A DNA stretch of 64,000 nucleotides from Thermoanaerobaculia bacterium (GCA_022071945.1 JAJVIN010000025.1:5500-69499), one strand, 5' to 3'; counted from the stretch's first letter, positions 47,613-57,431 are shown. Made by a program: numbers and translations. Notes: generated by a model not told the origin, from the sequence alone.

Positions 47613-49096
47613 TTCTTTCGGTAGAGGGTCCGGCGATTGATGCCCAGCATCCGGGCCGCGCGGCTCTTGTTCCCCCCGACCGAGACGAGCACCTGGCGGA
47701 TGTGCTCCCTCTCGATCGAGGCCAGGTCGTGCGCGGCCAGCCCCGCCGCCGCCACGGGCGCCAGACTGAACTGCAGGTCCCCGGCATCGATCAGGTCCCC
47801 CGCAACGAGTGCCGCCGATCCCTCCAGGAGGTTCTCGAGCTCCCGGACGTTGCCCGGAAAGGAGTAGCGCAGAAGCTCGGCGACGGCCGAACGGGTCAAC
47901 GAGAGGTGCCGCCCTTCCCTTTCCGCGATGCGGGCCAAGAAGTGAGCGGCCAGCCTCGGAATGTCTTCCTTGCGCTCCCGCAGGGGAGGCAGCTGGATCT
48001 CGACGACTCGAAGGCGGAAGAAGAGGTCCTCTCGAAAGCGCCTCCTGCGGATCTCCTCCATCAGGTCGGCGTGCGTGGCCGCCACGACCCGGACGTCGAC
48101 AGGAACTGGCTGCCTGCCTCCCAGCCGCTCCACGACCCTTTCTTGCAGGACCCGCAGGAGCTTGGCCTGTATGGGAAGCGGCGTGTCGCCGATCTCGTCG
48201 AGGAAGATCGTCCCCCCCGAGGCGAGCTCGAACTTTCCGAGCCGCTGCTCCACTCCCGTGGCGACCCCCCGTTCAATGCCGAACAGCTCGCTCTCGAGGA
48301 GGCTTTCCGGGACGGCGGCGCAGTTGATGGCGATGAAGGGTCCCTCGCGGCGCGGGGATCCCGCGTGGAGGAGCTTGGCGGCGAGCTCCTTGCCCGTGCC
48401 GCTCTCGCCCCGTATCAGGACGCTGGCTCGCGAGGCCGCCGCCCGTCCGATCAGCTCCTTGGCCCGGCGCATCGGGGCCGAGTCGCCGACGAGCAGGTCT
48501 CCGGCCCGAAGCGACCCCTTGAGGGCGCGGTTCTCTTCCCTGAGCCGATCCACGTCCTCGGCGAGGGCCCGAATCTGCCTGAGCGCGCCCAGTGCCGGGG
48601 AAACGAGGGCCGCGACAGAGGCCAGAAACCTCAGGTCCTCGACCTCGAAGGAGGCGGACCCACCCCCTCGCGACTCCTTGTCGAAGACCGATAGGACGCC
48701 CAGGACTTCACCCGAAGGGGCCCGGAGCGGGATCCCCGCTGCACTCCTGACCTCGACGTTGAGGAGCCGGGTTTCCCCTCGCCGGACCGGGTCGTTCGTC
48801 CGGCAGACATCCAGGACAAACGGGTCGGACAGGACGGAGACGATCGCGGGAGGCGGGTGGAGGCCGACGGCGGAAACGGACCCGGACTGCCCCCGGTCCT
48901 CGAAGACCGCGCAGAACCCGCCGCCGGCGTCGAGGACCGGTACGGTCCTCGAGAGAGCTTCTTCTGCCAGGACGGTCTCGTCGCGGGCGTTGGCCACCGA
49001 CCTGCTGATGTCGTACAGGGCCTCGAGCCTGAGGACTTTCTTCTTGAGGTCGAACGCCGAGACCGACGCGTTGGAGACGGTCCGCGGATCGCTCAT
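47603..49096 (-). CDS. GAF-AAA+-Fis HTH sigma-54 enhancer-binding protein
   Basis: GESGTGKE; INCAA; ESELFG; FLDEIG; QAKLLRVLQ; FREDLFFRL; PGNVREL; C-terminal NKSRAARMLGI.R.TLYRK. Confidence 0.95.
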   Translation of the reverse strand: MSDPRTVSNASVSAFDLKKKVLRLEALYDISRSVANARDETVLAEEALSRTVPVLDAGGGFCAVFEDRGQSGSVSAVGLHPPPAIVSVLSDPFVLDVCRTNDPVRRGETRLLNVEVRSAAGIPLRAPSGEVLGVLSVFDKESRGGGSASFEVEDLRFLASVAALVSPALGALRQIRALAEDVDRLREENRALKGSLRAGDLLVGDSAPMRRAKELIGRAAASRASVLIRGESGTGKELAAKLLHAGSPRREGPFIAINCAAVPESLLESELFGIERGVATGVEQRLGKFELASGGTIFLDEIGDTPLPIQAKLLRVLQERVVERLGGRQPVPVDVRVVAATHADLMEEIRRRRFREDLFFRLRVVEIQLPPLRERKEDIPRLAAHFLARIAEREGRHLSLTRSAVAELLRYSFPGNVRELENLLEGSAALVAGDLIDAGDLQFSLAPVAAAGLAAHDLASIEREHIRQVLVSVGGNKSRAARMLGINRRTLYRKNVT

Positions 49097-50514
49097 CCGT
49101 TCCTGGGTCTGGAGGGGGCGCGCGCCGTTTGTGCCTCGGCCTGGAGCTTCTTCTCGAGATCGACGGCCGCCTTGAAATTCGGGTCGATCGCCGTCACGGT
49201 CGCGAGAAGCGCCTGGGCATCGTCGGGGTAGCCGGCGTCCAGGAACTGGGAGGCGAGGTCGACCCTGAGAACCTTGTGGGAGGGGAAGTAACCCGAGGCG
49301 TTAAGGCTGAGGGGAGCACCCGGCTCACCCAGCTTCTTGACCAGGGCGCGCGCGGGCTCGGGCTCGTGCCGCTGCAGGGCCTGCCGGGCCTCGATGAACT
49401 GCCGGATGAGGGCGAGAGCCTCCTGGTCGTGCTTGGGCAAGTCCCGCCAGCGGCCGAGCTCGGCCAGGATCTCCAGGCCCGCCGGGTACTGACCCTGCCG
49501 GGCCAGTATCGAGGCCCTCATCGTCTTCATTCCGAAGTCGATGCGCGGGCGGTACTTCTCTCCAACTTCCGGCAGCCGCGTGGACAGGGTATCGAGCCGC
49601 TGCATGGCGGCGGTGAGATCCCCCCCGGCGATCCGGGCGCCGATGGCGGCGAAGGTGAGCTCGAACTGGGCGAGCGGCGTATCCATGACCTCGGCCGCCC
49701 TCTCGTAGTGGGCCACGGCCGCGGCATAGTCACCCCGTCCCATGGCGACGACACCCAGGTGTCCGACAAGGGGAGGGAAGTCTCCCTTGATCGCGAGGGC
49801 CTTCTTCAGGTTCTCCTCCGCCTCGTCGTACCGGCCGACCTGGCAGAGAAGCTCCGCTAAGGAGTCATACGGATTCGCCTGTTCGGGGGCGAGGAACCGG
49901 TAGCGGGTGAAGTAGTCCTCGGCCCGCGCGTAGTCGCCCTGCTCCATCGCGTAGTAGCCCAGGAAGTTGTAGGCCAGGGCGTTGTTCGGGTTGCGGGAGA
50001 TCAGGATCTCGAAATCGGCCATCGCCTTGGCGATGTCGCCGGACTTCCGCAGGAGGAGGGCTCGCTCCCGGTAGCCATCCGGGTCGTTCGGGAACTCCTC
50101 GATGTAGCGATCCACGGCCTTGCGGACGAGGTCGCGATCCTTCTTGATGAAACGGGCCTCGAAGATCTCGAGGGAGAGCTTCTCTCTCTTGGTCAGGCCT
50201 TCCCGGCACTGCGAGATCTTCCGGACGAGGGACTCGGCCCGGGCCGGTTCGCGTTCCCACATCAGGTTGGCGAGCCGCACCGTCGCCATGACGAAGTAGG
50301 GATCGCGGGAGAGGGCTTCCGCGTAGGCCGTCATCGCCTCGCGGTGGTAGAGCTTTTCCTCGTTTTCGAGCCCGAGCCGGTAGGAACGCAAGGCGTCGCG
50401 CGAGGTCGTGGTCACCTCGCGTTGGGAGCTGACGAGGAAAGCGGCCGCGGAGCCCGCCACGAGCACGATGGCCACTCCCGCGAGCCAGGTCTTCCAGTTT
50501 CCGGGGAACTTCAT
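49093..50514 (-). CDS. Membrane-anchored TPR protein
   Basis: N-terminal hydrophobic helix; VTT.S..A...Y..G; TPR repeats (AYNFLGY, NPYDSLAE); ATGA overlap with the activator gene. Confidence 0.85.
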   Translation of the reverse strand: MKFPGNWKTWLAGVAIVLVAGSAAAFLVSSQREVTTTSRDALRSYRLGLENEEKLYHREAMTAYAEALSRDPYFVMATVRLANLMWEREPARAESLVRKISQCREGLTKREKLSLEIFEARFIKKDRDLVRKAVDRYIEEFPNDPDGYRERALLLRKSGDIAKAMADFEILISRNPNNALAYNFLGYYAMEQGDYARAEDYFTRYRFLAPEQANPYDSLAELLCQVGRYDEAEENLKKALAIKGDFPPLVGHLGVVAMGRGDYAAAVAHYERAAEVMDTPLAQFELTFAAIGARIAGGDLTAAMQRLDTLSTRLPEVGEKYRPRIDFGMKTMRASILARQGQYPAGLEILAELGRWRDLPKHDQEALALIRQFIEARQALQRHEPEPARALVKKLGEPGAPLSLNASGYFPSHKVLRVDLASQFLDAGYPDDAQALLATVTAIDPNFKAAVDLEKKLQAEAQTARAPSRPRNG

Positions 50515-50613
50515 GGCACATGCTCCCAGGGAACGGCCCGCGGAAGGCGGGCAGCCCCTCCTTTCATGTTACGTCCAGGTCTGGACTCGGGTTTCGGTCT
50601 CTTCATGGGCGTC

Positions 50614-53202
50614 TCAGGCGTTTCCGACCCGCATCAGGATGAAGGTCTGGTCGTCGTACTGGTCGGCGGCTCCCGTGAAGGCCCGGATCTCTTCCAGGAG
50701 AGCGTGCGAGAGGTCCGGCAGCGGCAGGCCGGCATGTCTCACGAGCGACTCCTTGAGCCTGTCATCCCCGTAGAAGTCGCCCCCGATGGACATCGCCTCG
50801 CTCAACCCGTCCGTGTAGAAGAGAAGGAGGTCGCCGCGCTTGAGGTAGATCACCCTCGAGTCGTAGTCGGTTTCGCGGAACGCGCCGAGAGGGAGCCGGA
50901 CCTCGGGCACCGGAATCTCGACCGCCTCCCTCGCCCCCTTTCGCAGGAGCAAGGGAACCGGCTGACCGCCGATCGAGTACTGCATCGAGAGGCTCTCGGG
51001 GTCGATCAGGAAGTACCCCAGGGAGACGAACATCCGCCTCTTGATCTCGTAGATCCGGCGGTTCGCCTCGCGGAAGACGACGGCAGGATCCGGGTTGGCC
51101 GTCGCCTTGGCATAGACGATCTCCTTGGCGGCGACCATGAGGAAGGACGCCGGGATCGACTTTCCCGAGACATCGCCGAGAACCAGTCCCGAACGCGACG
51201 TCCCGTCGAGCTCGAGGAAGTCGAAGAAGTCGCCGCCCACGACCTTGGCGGGCCGGCTGACGCCGAAAAACTCCATGCCCGGCAAACTCGGCATCTCCCT
51301 GGGGAAGAGGCTCGTCTGGATGTCCCGGGCAATCTCCAGATCACGCTGGACCTCGGCCTGTCTCGTCAGCTCGGCATGGAGGTTGGCCGCCTCGAGCCCG
51401 AGCGCCCCTTGATTGGCGATCATCGCCAGGTGGTCGAGATCTTCCCGCGTCCACTCCTCCTCGGACTTCTTCTCGCCGGCCGCCAAAAGGCCGAGGAGCC
51501 GCCCCCGCGTCGCCACGGGAACGAGCACCCGGATCCCGCGCTCCGAGATCTCGTCCAGAAACCCCCTCGAGACGGCGTCCACGTTGAGACGTTCGACCTC
51601 GGCCACGCGCAGGGGCCCCGCCTTCTCGATGACGATGCGGGCCAGGGAGCTCCCCAGGGGCAGCACGCCGCTCGCATCGCTCTCGGGCTCGCTCAGGGCG
51701 AGGGATCCATCCTCGGGCCTCGGCGTGAAGAGCTCCAGGCGCTCGAGCTTGAGGAGTTCGGCCGTCTTCTTGGTCAGGAGCTCGTGGAGCTTCTCGCGCT
51801 CGAGCTGGGAAACGACCTCGCGGCTCACGTCGAGGATCGCCCTCTGGAAGTCGGTCCGGTCCCGGAAGAAAACGCGGTCCACGGCGCTCTGGAGACGGCG
51901 CCTCAGGGGGTCGATGATCACGACGATGAGGAGACCGAAAACGAACGCGAACAGCGGTGAGGAGAAGAACGGCGAGGAGGTCGCCAGGCGGCTCCCCGTC
52001 ACGATGGCCAGCGCGTAGATCCCCGTCACAACCGCCGTGAGAAAGCCGTAGACGATCGACTTCCTCACGAGGAACTTCACGTCGAACAGACGGAAGCGGA
52101 CGATCGCGTAGGCAAAGGTCACCGGGATCAGCGCCATCGGAACGACGCCCCACGCCAGGTATCTCTCGTTCCGGAAAAACGACGGGAAGGAAACCGCGAA
52201 GACGACGAAGGGGATCGTGCCCGAGAGCGTCCCGATTAGGAGGAAGAGGGTCTGGCGCCTCGCCTTGCGGTCCTCCGCGGTCCACCAGCTGTGGAAGAGC
52301 GCCAGGATCCCGAGCACGAGATAGTCCGCGAGCAGGATCCAGTTCAGAACCGGCGCCCCGTAGATCAGCCGGACCCCCTTGCCGGACCGCATGGCGGGCA
52401 TCTGGAGCATGTAGACGGCCGGCGGAAGCGTGTAGAGGACCGTCAGGAGCGCCGGAGAGGCATTGAGGAAATTCTGGAGCTTCAGGAGAGCCTGCCCGGA
52501 ACCCTCGGAGACCTTCTCGGGATCCAGGAGCCGGAAGACTTTCTTTTTCGGGAAGAGCAGGAAGAAGTGGAGAAAGACCGCCGGCAGCAGGAAGAGCGCG
52601 AGCGTCCCGGCGAGCTGGACGAAGTAGTCGATCCAGTAGTAGCTGAGAGGCCGGAGCCGGCAGACGAAAAAGAGCATGAAGAGGACGGAGAGGAGGTAGA
52701 AGACCGCGACCGCCGGGTCGTCCGGACCCTTCGAGAGGACGAAGCTCCCGAGGGCAAAGAAGGCGGCCCCGAGAAGGACGAAGGAGAAGTACGAAAGGGA
52801 GCCCGCCCGGTAGGGCGACATGCGCACCGAGGTCTCGAAGAGATGGTCTCCCCTCCGGACGAGGTACCTCACCTCCTGCCCCACCTCGTGGCGCAGGAGC
52901 TCGGGCGGAGCGTCGGCCGGCCCCCTCAACATCCGGTGCCCGATCCCGAGGATCACGTCGCCGGGCCGGATCCCGGCCGTGTCGGCGGCCCCGCCCGGAA
53001 CGAGGTCCCGAACCGCGATTCCGCCCCGGGAGTAGGGGTCGGGAACGACGCCGTCATACGGCTTCGGCAAGAACATGTCCACGACGGACATGCCCGCGAT
53101 CAGGCACCCCACGACCCCGATCACGAGGACGGCCCGCCTCTTGGCGGCCAACTGGGCACGCGTCAACCGGCCTTCTTCTAGGATCGCGGGCAGCTTCGGC
53201 AC
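50614..53202 (-). CDS. Membrane sensor phosphatase: PDZ, multi-TM, GAF, PP2C (SpoIIE)
   Basis: PGGAADTAGIRPGDVI PDZ; about 8-9 TM helices with YAIVR.RLFD; GAF; VGGDFFD, GDVSGK, YTDG..E and DDQT. Start approximate. Confidence 0.9.
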   Translation of the reverse strand: MPKLPAILEEGRLTRAQLAAKRRAVLVIGVVGCLIAGMSVVDMFLPKPYDGVVPDPYSRGGIAVRDLVPGGAADTAGIRPGDVILGIGHRMLRGPADAPPELLRHEVGQEVRYLVRRGDHLFETSVRMSPYRAGSLSYFSFVLLGAAFFALGSFVLSKGPDDPAVAVFYLLSVLFMLFFVCRLRPLSYYWIDYFVQLAGTLALFLLPAVFLHFFLLFPKKKVFRLLDPEKVSEGSGQALLKLQNFLNASPALLTVLYTLPPAVYMLQMPAMRSGKGVRLIYGAPVLNWILLADYLVLGILALFHSWWTAEDRKARRQTLFLLIGTLSGTIPFVVFAVSFPSFFRNERYLAWGVVPMALIPVTFAYAIVRFRLFDVKFLVRKSIVYGFLTAVVTGIYALAIVTGSRLATSSPFFSSPLFAFVFGLLIVVIIDPLRRRLQSAVDRVFFRDRTDFQRAILDVSREVVSQLEREKLHELLTKKTAELLKLERLELFTPRPEDGSLALSEPESDASGVLPLGSSLARIVIEKAGPLRVAEVERLNVDAVSRGFLDEISERGIRVLVPVATRGRLLGLLAAGEKKSEEEWTREDLDHLAMIANQGALGLEAANLHAELTRQAEVQRDLEIARDIQTSLFPREMPSLPGMEFFGVSRPAKVVGGDFFDFLELDGTSRSGLVLGDVSGKSIPASFLMVAAKEIVYAKATANPDPAVVFREANRRIYEIKRRMFVSLGYFLIDPESLSMQYSIGGQPVPLLLRKGAREAVEIPVPEVRLPLGAFRETDYDSRVIYLKRGDLLLFYTDGLSEAMSIGGDFYGDDRLKESLVRHAGLPLPDLSHALLEEIRAFTGAADQYDDQTFILMRVGNA

Positions 53203-53271
53203 TCCTCTCGTTTCGACAGGTTCAGTATACGAACGCCATGCCGGAAGTTCCCTGTGCGAGAATCCTTCGTC

Positions 53272-53940
53272 ATGAGTCAGCTCCGACCGGTGCAACACCG
53301 GGGGCTTTTCATTACATTCGAGGGGATCGAGGGCTCGGGAAAATCAACTCAAATGGCTCGGACGGCCGAAATCCTCAGAAAGAGGGGGTTGCCCGTCGTC
53401 AGCACGCGTGAGCCAGGCGGCACGCCGCTCGGCCTCCAGCTGCGGCGGCTCCTGCTCGAGGTGGACGGTGTGATGGACCCCCGCACCGAGCTCCTACTGA
53501 TGGTGGCGGACCGCCGGCAACACCTCACCGAGAGCATCGAACCGGCCCTCTCCCGCGGCCAGATCGTGCTGTGCGACCGGTACTCCGATGCTTCCCGCGC
53601 TTACCAGGGGGGCGGCCGCAAGCTCGGCGAGGACCTCGTCGACATCCTTCACGAGCACCTCTGCCCCCTCTCGCCAGACCGGACCATCCTCCTGGACTGT
53701 CCGCCAGACGTCGCGCTCGCCCGGGTCCTGGCCCGAAACGCCGGCGACCGGGACCGGATGGAGCGGGAGGACCTGGAGTTCCACGAACGGGTCCGTGCGA
53801 GCTACAAGAAGCTCGCACGCAAGGAATCGAGCCGCTTTCTCGTCATCGACGGGACACAGGATCCGGACAGCATCTCGAGCGAGATCCTCTCGGAGATCGA
53901 GAACCTGATCCCGGTCTTCCAGAAACGCTCTCAGAAGTGA
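53272..53940 (+). CDS. tmk: Thymidylate kinase
   Basis: FITFEGIEGSGKSTQ; REPGG; CDRY..AS.AYQG. Confidence 0.96.
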   Translation: MSQLRPVQHRGLFITFEGIEGSGKSTQMARTAEILRKRGLPVVSTREPGGTPLGLQLRRLLLEVDGVMDPRTELLLMVADRRQHLTESIEPALSRGQIVLCDRYSDASRAYQGGGRKLGEDLVDILHEHLCPLSPDRTILLDCPPDVALARVLARNAGDRDRMEREDLEFHERVRASYKKLARKESSRFLVIDGTQDPDSISSEILSEIENLIPVFQKRSQK

Positions 53941-54923
53941 AGGCCTCGCCCCCGGTTCTCCTGCTGACCGGCCCGGGCAGCCGCCGGCTCGAGGAGACCG
54001 CCCTGGCGCGCGCCACGGGAATCCTCTGCCGGACGGGCGAGGGGCACTCCCGGGCCTCGGCCGAGTCTTGCCAGGACTGCCGGCGGGTCTTTCGCCGCGA
54101 ACACCCCGACCTCCTCATCGCCGCCCCCGAGAGCCGGCGCCGCGCCAACACCCCGGCTGGGACCGAGAACCCCGCGAGCAAGGAAACCACGATTCCGGCC
54201 GCCCTCGTCCGGGCGGTTGCCGCGGATGCTTCTCGCCTCCCGTACGAGGGCGGGCTGAGAGCCGTCATCTTTCTCGACGTCGACAAGACCGAGGACGCCG
54301 CTTTCAGCGCGCTCCTGAAGGTCCTCGAGGAGCCGCCCCAAAAGACACGGTTCCTCTTGACCGCCGTCAAGCCTCGCCTCTTGCCCGCGACGATCCTCTC
54401 TCGTGTCGTGGAGGAAAAACAGAGTGTTCCCGGGCGCAAGAGTCTCTCGGCGGCGCTTCAGACCGAAGGGGTCAAGGAGTCCGAGGCTCTCGCCCGCGCG
54501 GCGTTCTGTCCGGAGTCCCTCGAGGAGGCCCGGTCTCTCGACCTCGACGCGGCGCGGACCGAGCGGGATTCCCTCCTCGAGGCTCTCCTGGGCACCGTCG
54601 CCGGCCCATCAACGGGATGGGCCCTCTCTCTGGCGGCCCGCCTGGACGCGGGAGACGCGGCGGCGACCGCCGCCCGGCTCAATCTCCTCGCCGTTCTCCT
54701 CAGGGATGCAGCGGCCTCCTCCATCGATCCGGCCGCCGCCATCCACCAGGAGCGCGCGCGCGAGCTCGCGCAAGCGGGCAGGGAGCTCCGACCGGTTCTG
54801 ATCCAGGCGGCCCTGGAGTGTCTCGACAGCGCCTCGCTCGTGACGGAGGCGCGTCTGAACGGACGGATGGTGTGCGAGACCCTCGCCATCAGGATCCTCC
54901 GCGCCGTCACGGCCGGAGCCTGA
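53937..54923 (+). CDS. holB: DNA polymerase III delta' subunit
   Basis: C...CxxC zinc module; HPD; ALLK.LEEPP; LLPATILSR; GTGA overlap with tmk. Confidence 0.8.
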   Translation: MKASPPVLLLTGPGSRRLEETALARATGILCRTGEGHSRASAESCQDCRRVFRREHPDLLIAAPESRRRANTPAGTENPASKETTIPAALVRAVAADASRLPYEGGLRAVIFLDVDKTEDAAFSALLKVLEEPPQKTRFLLTAVKPRLLPATILSRVVEEKQSVPGRKSLSAALQTEGVKESEALARAAFCPESLEEARSLDLDAARTERDSLLEALLGTVAGPSTGWALSLAARLDAGDAAATAARLNLLAVLLRDAAASSIDPAAAIHQERARELAQAGRELRPVLIQAALECLDSASLVTEARLNGRMVCETLAIRILRAVTAGA

Positions 54924-54941
54924 GGCGCTTGCTCCACACGT

Positions 54942-55160
54942 TCAGAGATCTTCGGGCGTGAGCCCGGTGTCTTTTGCGATCCTCGCCAGCATGCGCGGGC
55001 CGATCTCTTCCGCATCGTGAAACGCCCATGTGTAGTCGCGCCACCCAGGACGCGACAACACCTTGTGAGAAGAGGCCGTCTCGCGCTTCACACCCCACCC
55101 GATACGGAGAAGAGCCGCCAGGACTTCGCGCGCCTTCTTGGACGGCCAGCGGCTCATCAA
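54942..55160 (-). CDS. hicA: HicA-family mRNA interferase toxin
   Basis: L...GW...R...SH......; H...EIG..ML..I.K..GL; 72 aa. Confidence 0.9.
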   Translation of the reverse strand: MMSRWPSKKAREVLAALLRIGWGVKRETASSHKVLSRPGWRDYTWAFHDAEEIGPRMLARIAKDTGLTPEDL

Positions 55161-55372
55161 GCCGCGGCTGGAATGACGAAGGAAACGGTGATGGCTTCCG
55201 GCACCGCTTCTCCGTGCTCGAGCCGGTCTGCCAGGACTCTCAGCGCGAGGGCTTCCACGCGTGACAGCGCTTCTTCACGCGTCCGCCCGTATGCCAGACA
55301 GCCTGGAATCGCGGAGATCTCCGCGATCCATCTCCCATCTTCTTCGCGGTCGAGTTCCACCAGGAGCGTCAT
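55157..55372 (-). CDS. hicB: HicB-family antitoxin, short form
   Basis: EEDGRWIAEI..IPGC.AYG.TREEA; GGAGG upstream of the ATG at 55372; overlaps hicA. Confidence 0.88.
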   Translation of the reverse strand: MTLLVELDREEDGRWIAEISAIPGCLAYGRTREEALSRVEALALRVLADRLEHGEAVPEAITVSFVIPAAA

Positions 55373-55637
55373 TGCAGAAGGATACCTCCGCGTGGGATTT
55401 CCTGGAGCGCCTCGCGTGACCGGGCCGGATCCCAGGGCTTCAGCGGCGGTCCGGTACACGGCTCCCCTGCAACCGTCTCAGTCCCTGACAGCCAGAACCA
55501 GGCAGCCCGGCGATGATTCGCTGGGTCACGGAACGGCACCCCCTGAAGGGGGCTTTGTGGTGCAGACCCAGAGGACCGCATCTTCGTAGCACCAAGAGTC
55601 ATTTCGGGCGTTCCTGCCACACGATTCCGGAACCACC

Positions 55638-57431
55638 CTACTCGTTCTGGCCCTGCCCGAATGAGACCGGGTAGGCCCAGACCTCGGCCAGACAGCTGCC
55701 CGGCGGCATCTCGATTTCCACCGACTCGATCTCCTGATCGCCCAGCCCGTAGAGGCTGAGGCCGTCCTGGTGGAGCGACCAGGCTGGTCCGCCAGTCCCA
55801 CGGGCAGAGCGCAGGCGAACGTTCGCTGGCTTCTGCAGAGCCGCATCGACGACCACGAAGCTACGAAAATGGCTCCCCCGCGGAAACGGAACTGTCAGCC
55901 GGCCCGGTTTGGGGAGCGCACAGTCGCGGACGTTCCTGTCGCTCAACCCCGGTGGCGACATGATGAGGCGACTTTGCGGCGGAGCGAAGTGGAGCGTCTG
56001 TGCACCGTTTCGGCGCTGCGCGATCCGAAGGTGGACGATCGACGCGGAGTTCACACTAGGGATATCGCGCCTTTCGCTCTCGATCCTTGGCGTCTCTGCC
56101 ACGACCAGACTGCCTTCGACAAACCATCGCTCGTCGAAGCCGGGGGTCAGCCGCCCACTCGCCACATAGCCCTCAAGGTAGTCCGCGGCGACCGAAGCCC
56201 TCACTGGAAGGCCTGCCGGGAAGATGCGTTCGATCCAGACGCCGGTCTCCTTCCAGGTCTCGATTGGAACGAACTCGAACCGGAGTGCCTTGACGATTCC
56301 AGCCGGTATCGCGAGGAGAACAAGAGTCGCGGCCAGCAGACGCCGAATCCCGTGGCGTTCCCTGTAGGCTGGCTCCATCGCCATCGCGCAGCCGATCAAG
56401 ACTGGCATGCAGATGAAGGATGTCGTCCGGACGAGCGGGGTCCGCAGCGTGAGACAGAAGACCAGGAAGAGGCCCGCTGACAACAGGAGGGCTCTCGGGG
56501 CCCGGGTGGCCGCCCGCTCCGTGTCCGTCTGAACCATGAGGACAGCGAGAAAGCCCAGGGAAAGCGCCGCGGCGAGCCCGTCCGCTCTCGGCCCCATACT
56601 GCCGAGCGCTCCCAGAATGTAGAGCCTGGCGGTCTCCGCGACCGAGGCCCAGTTTCCATACTGGTACCCGAACCGCTCGCCATAGCCCGCCAGCTGCAAC
56701 GCGATCATCTGGTCCAGCACCCCGGCGTGAAACACCAGGACGCCCGCTCCGACGAGCAGAGCGGCGATCACCACCCGAGAGTCTCGACACCTCAGCAACA
56801 AGATCGCCCAGAGGGGCGCGGCCCAGAAGCCGAACGTTACGATCGAGACACTACCGAGGATGCTCGTCCCGGCCAACATTAGAAGGTTGGTCTGTGAAGG
56901 GGCCTCGTACGCATCGAGGAATGCGGCAGTTGCCCCGAGCGCCAGGAGGAGGGCCAGCCCGTACCCGCGGCCCTGCAGGCAGAGGTCCAGGAGGTCCCGG
57001 TTGAGCCCGACAGCGACGAATACCGCGGCCCCGGGAAGATAGAGCCGCCGACGCCAGAAGAACCTGAGGATTCCCGCCAGCGTGAATGTCACCGCGAGAA
57101 GTGAGATTCCTCTCATTCGCAGGGGATCGAACGAGGTCCGGCCTGGAAAGAGGGAGTTGAGCAGATTGATGAGCAGGTGGTTGTTGCTCGAGTAGTCCGT
57201 CAGGACCGAGACCGGACCCTTCCCCGAGTGATTCAGGATTGTGTAGATCTCGTCGTTCCACAGCGAGGTCGTCGCCATCGCCCGCATGTACTGAAAGACG
57301 AAGGGAACGGCCGAAAGGACGACCACCCAGAAGGAGACGATCTCGAACAACGCCGGGCCGTCTGGCCGGCCCGCCTTCGCTCCTCGCCTCTCAGGCGTTA
57401 GAGTAGCGGACCGCGAATTCGCGCCTTCCAT
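55638..57431 (-). CDS. Polytopic membrane protein, GT-C (ArnT/PMT-like) glycosyltransferase candidate
   Basis: SLWNDE after TM1; NNH; Q.RGY; about 10 TM helices plus a soluble C-terminal domain. Start uncertain. Confidence 0.7.
   Translation of the reverse strand: MEGANSRSATLTPERRGAKAGRPDGPALFEIVSFWVVVLSAVPFVFQYMRAMATTSLWNDEIYTILNHSGKGPVSVLTDYSSNNHLLINLLNSLFPGRTSFDPLRMRGISLLAVTFTLAGILRFFWRRRLYLPGAAVFVAVGLNRDLLDLCLQGRGYGLALLLALGATAAFLDAYEAPSQTNLLMLAGTSILGSVSIVTFGFWAAPLWAILLLRCRDSRVVIAALLVGAGVLVFHAGVLDQMIALQLAGYGERFGYQYGNWASVAETARLYILGALGSMGPRADGLAAALSLGFLAVLMVQTDTERAATRAPRALLLSAGLFLVFCLTLRTPLVRTTSFICMPVLIGCAMAMEPAYRERHGIRRLLAATLVLLAIPAGIVKALRFEFVPIETWKETGVWIERIFPAGLPVRASVAADYLEGYVASGRLTPGFDERWFVEGSLVVAETPRIESERRDIPSVNSASIVHLRIAQRRNGAQTLHFAPPQSRLIMSPPGLSDRNVRDCALPKPGRLTVPFPRGSHFRSFVVVDAALQKPANVRLRSARGTGGPAWSLHQDGLSLYGLGDQEIESVEIEMPPGSCLAEVWAYPVSFGQGQNE

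Noticed and set aside
55440-55470. GAGCCGTGTA on the minus strand resembling group II intron domain V
   Set aside because: The complementary 3' arm (ACGGTTC-like) and domain VI are absent, and there is no reverse transcriptase nearby.
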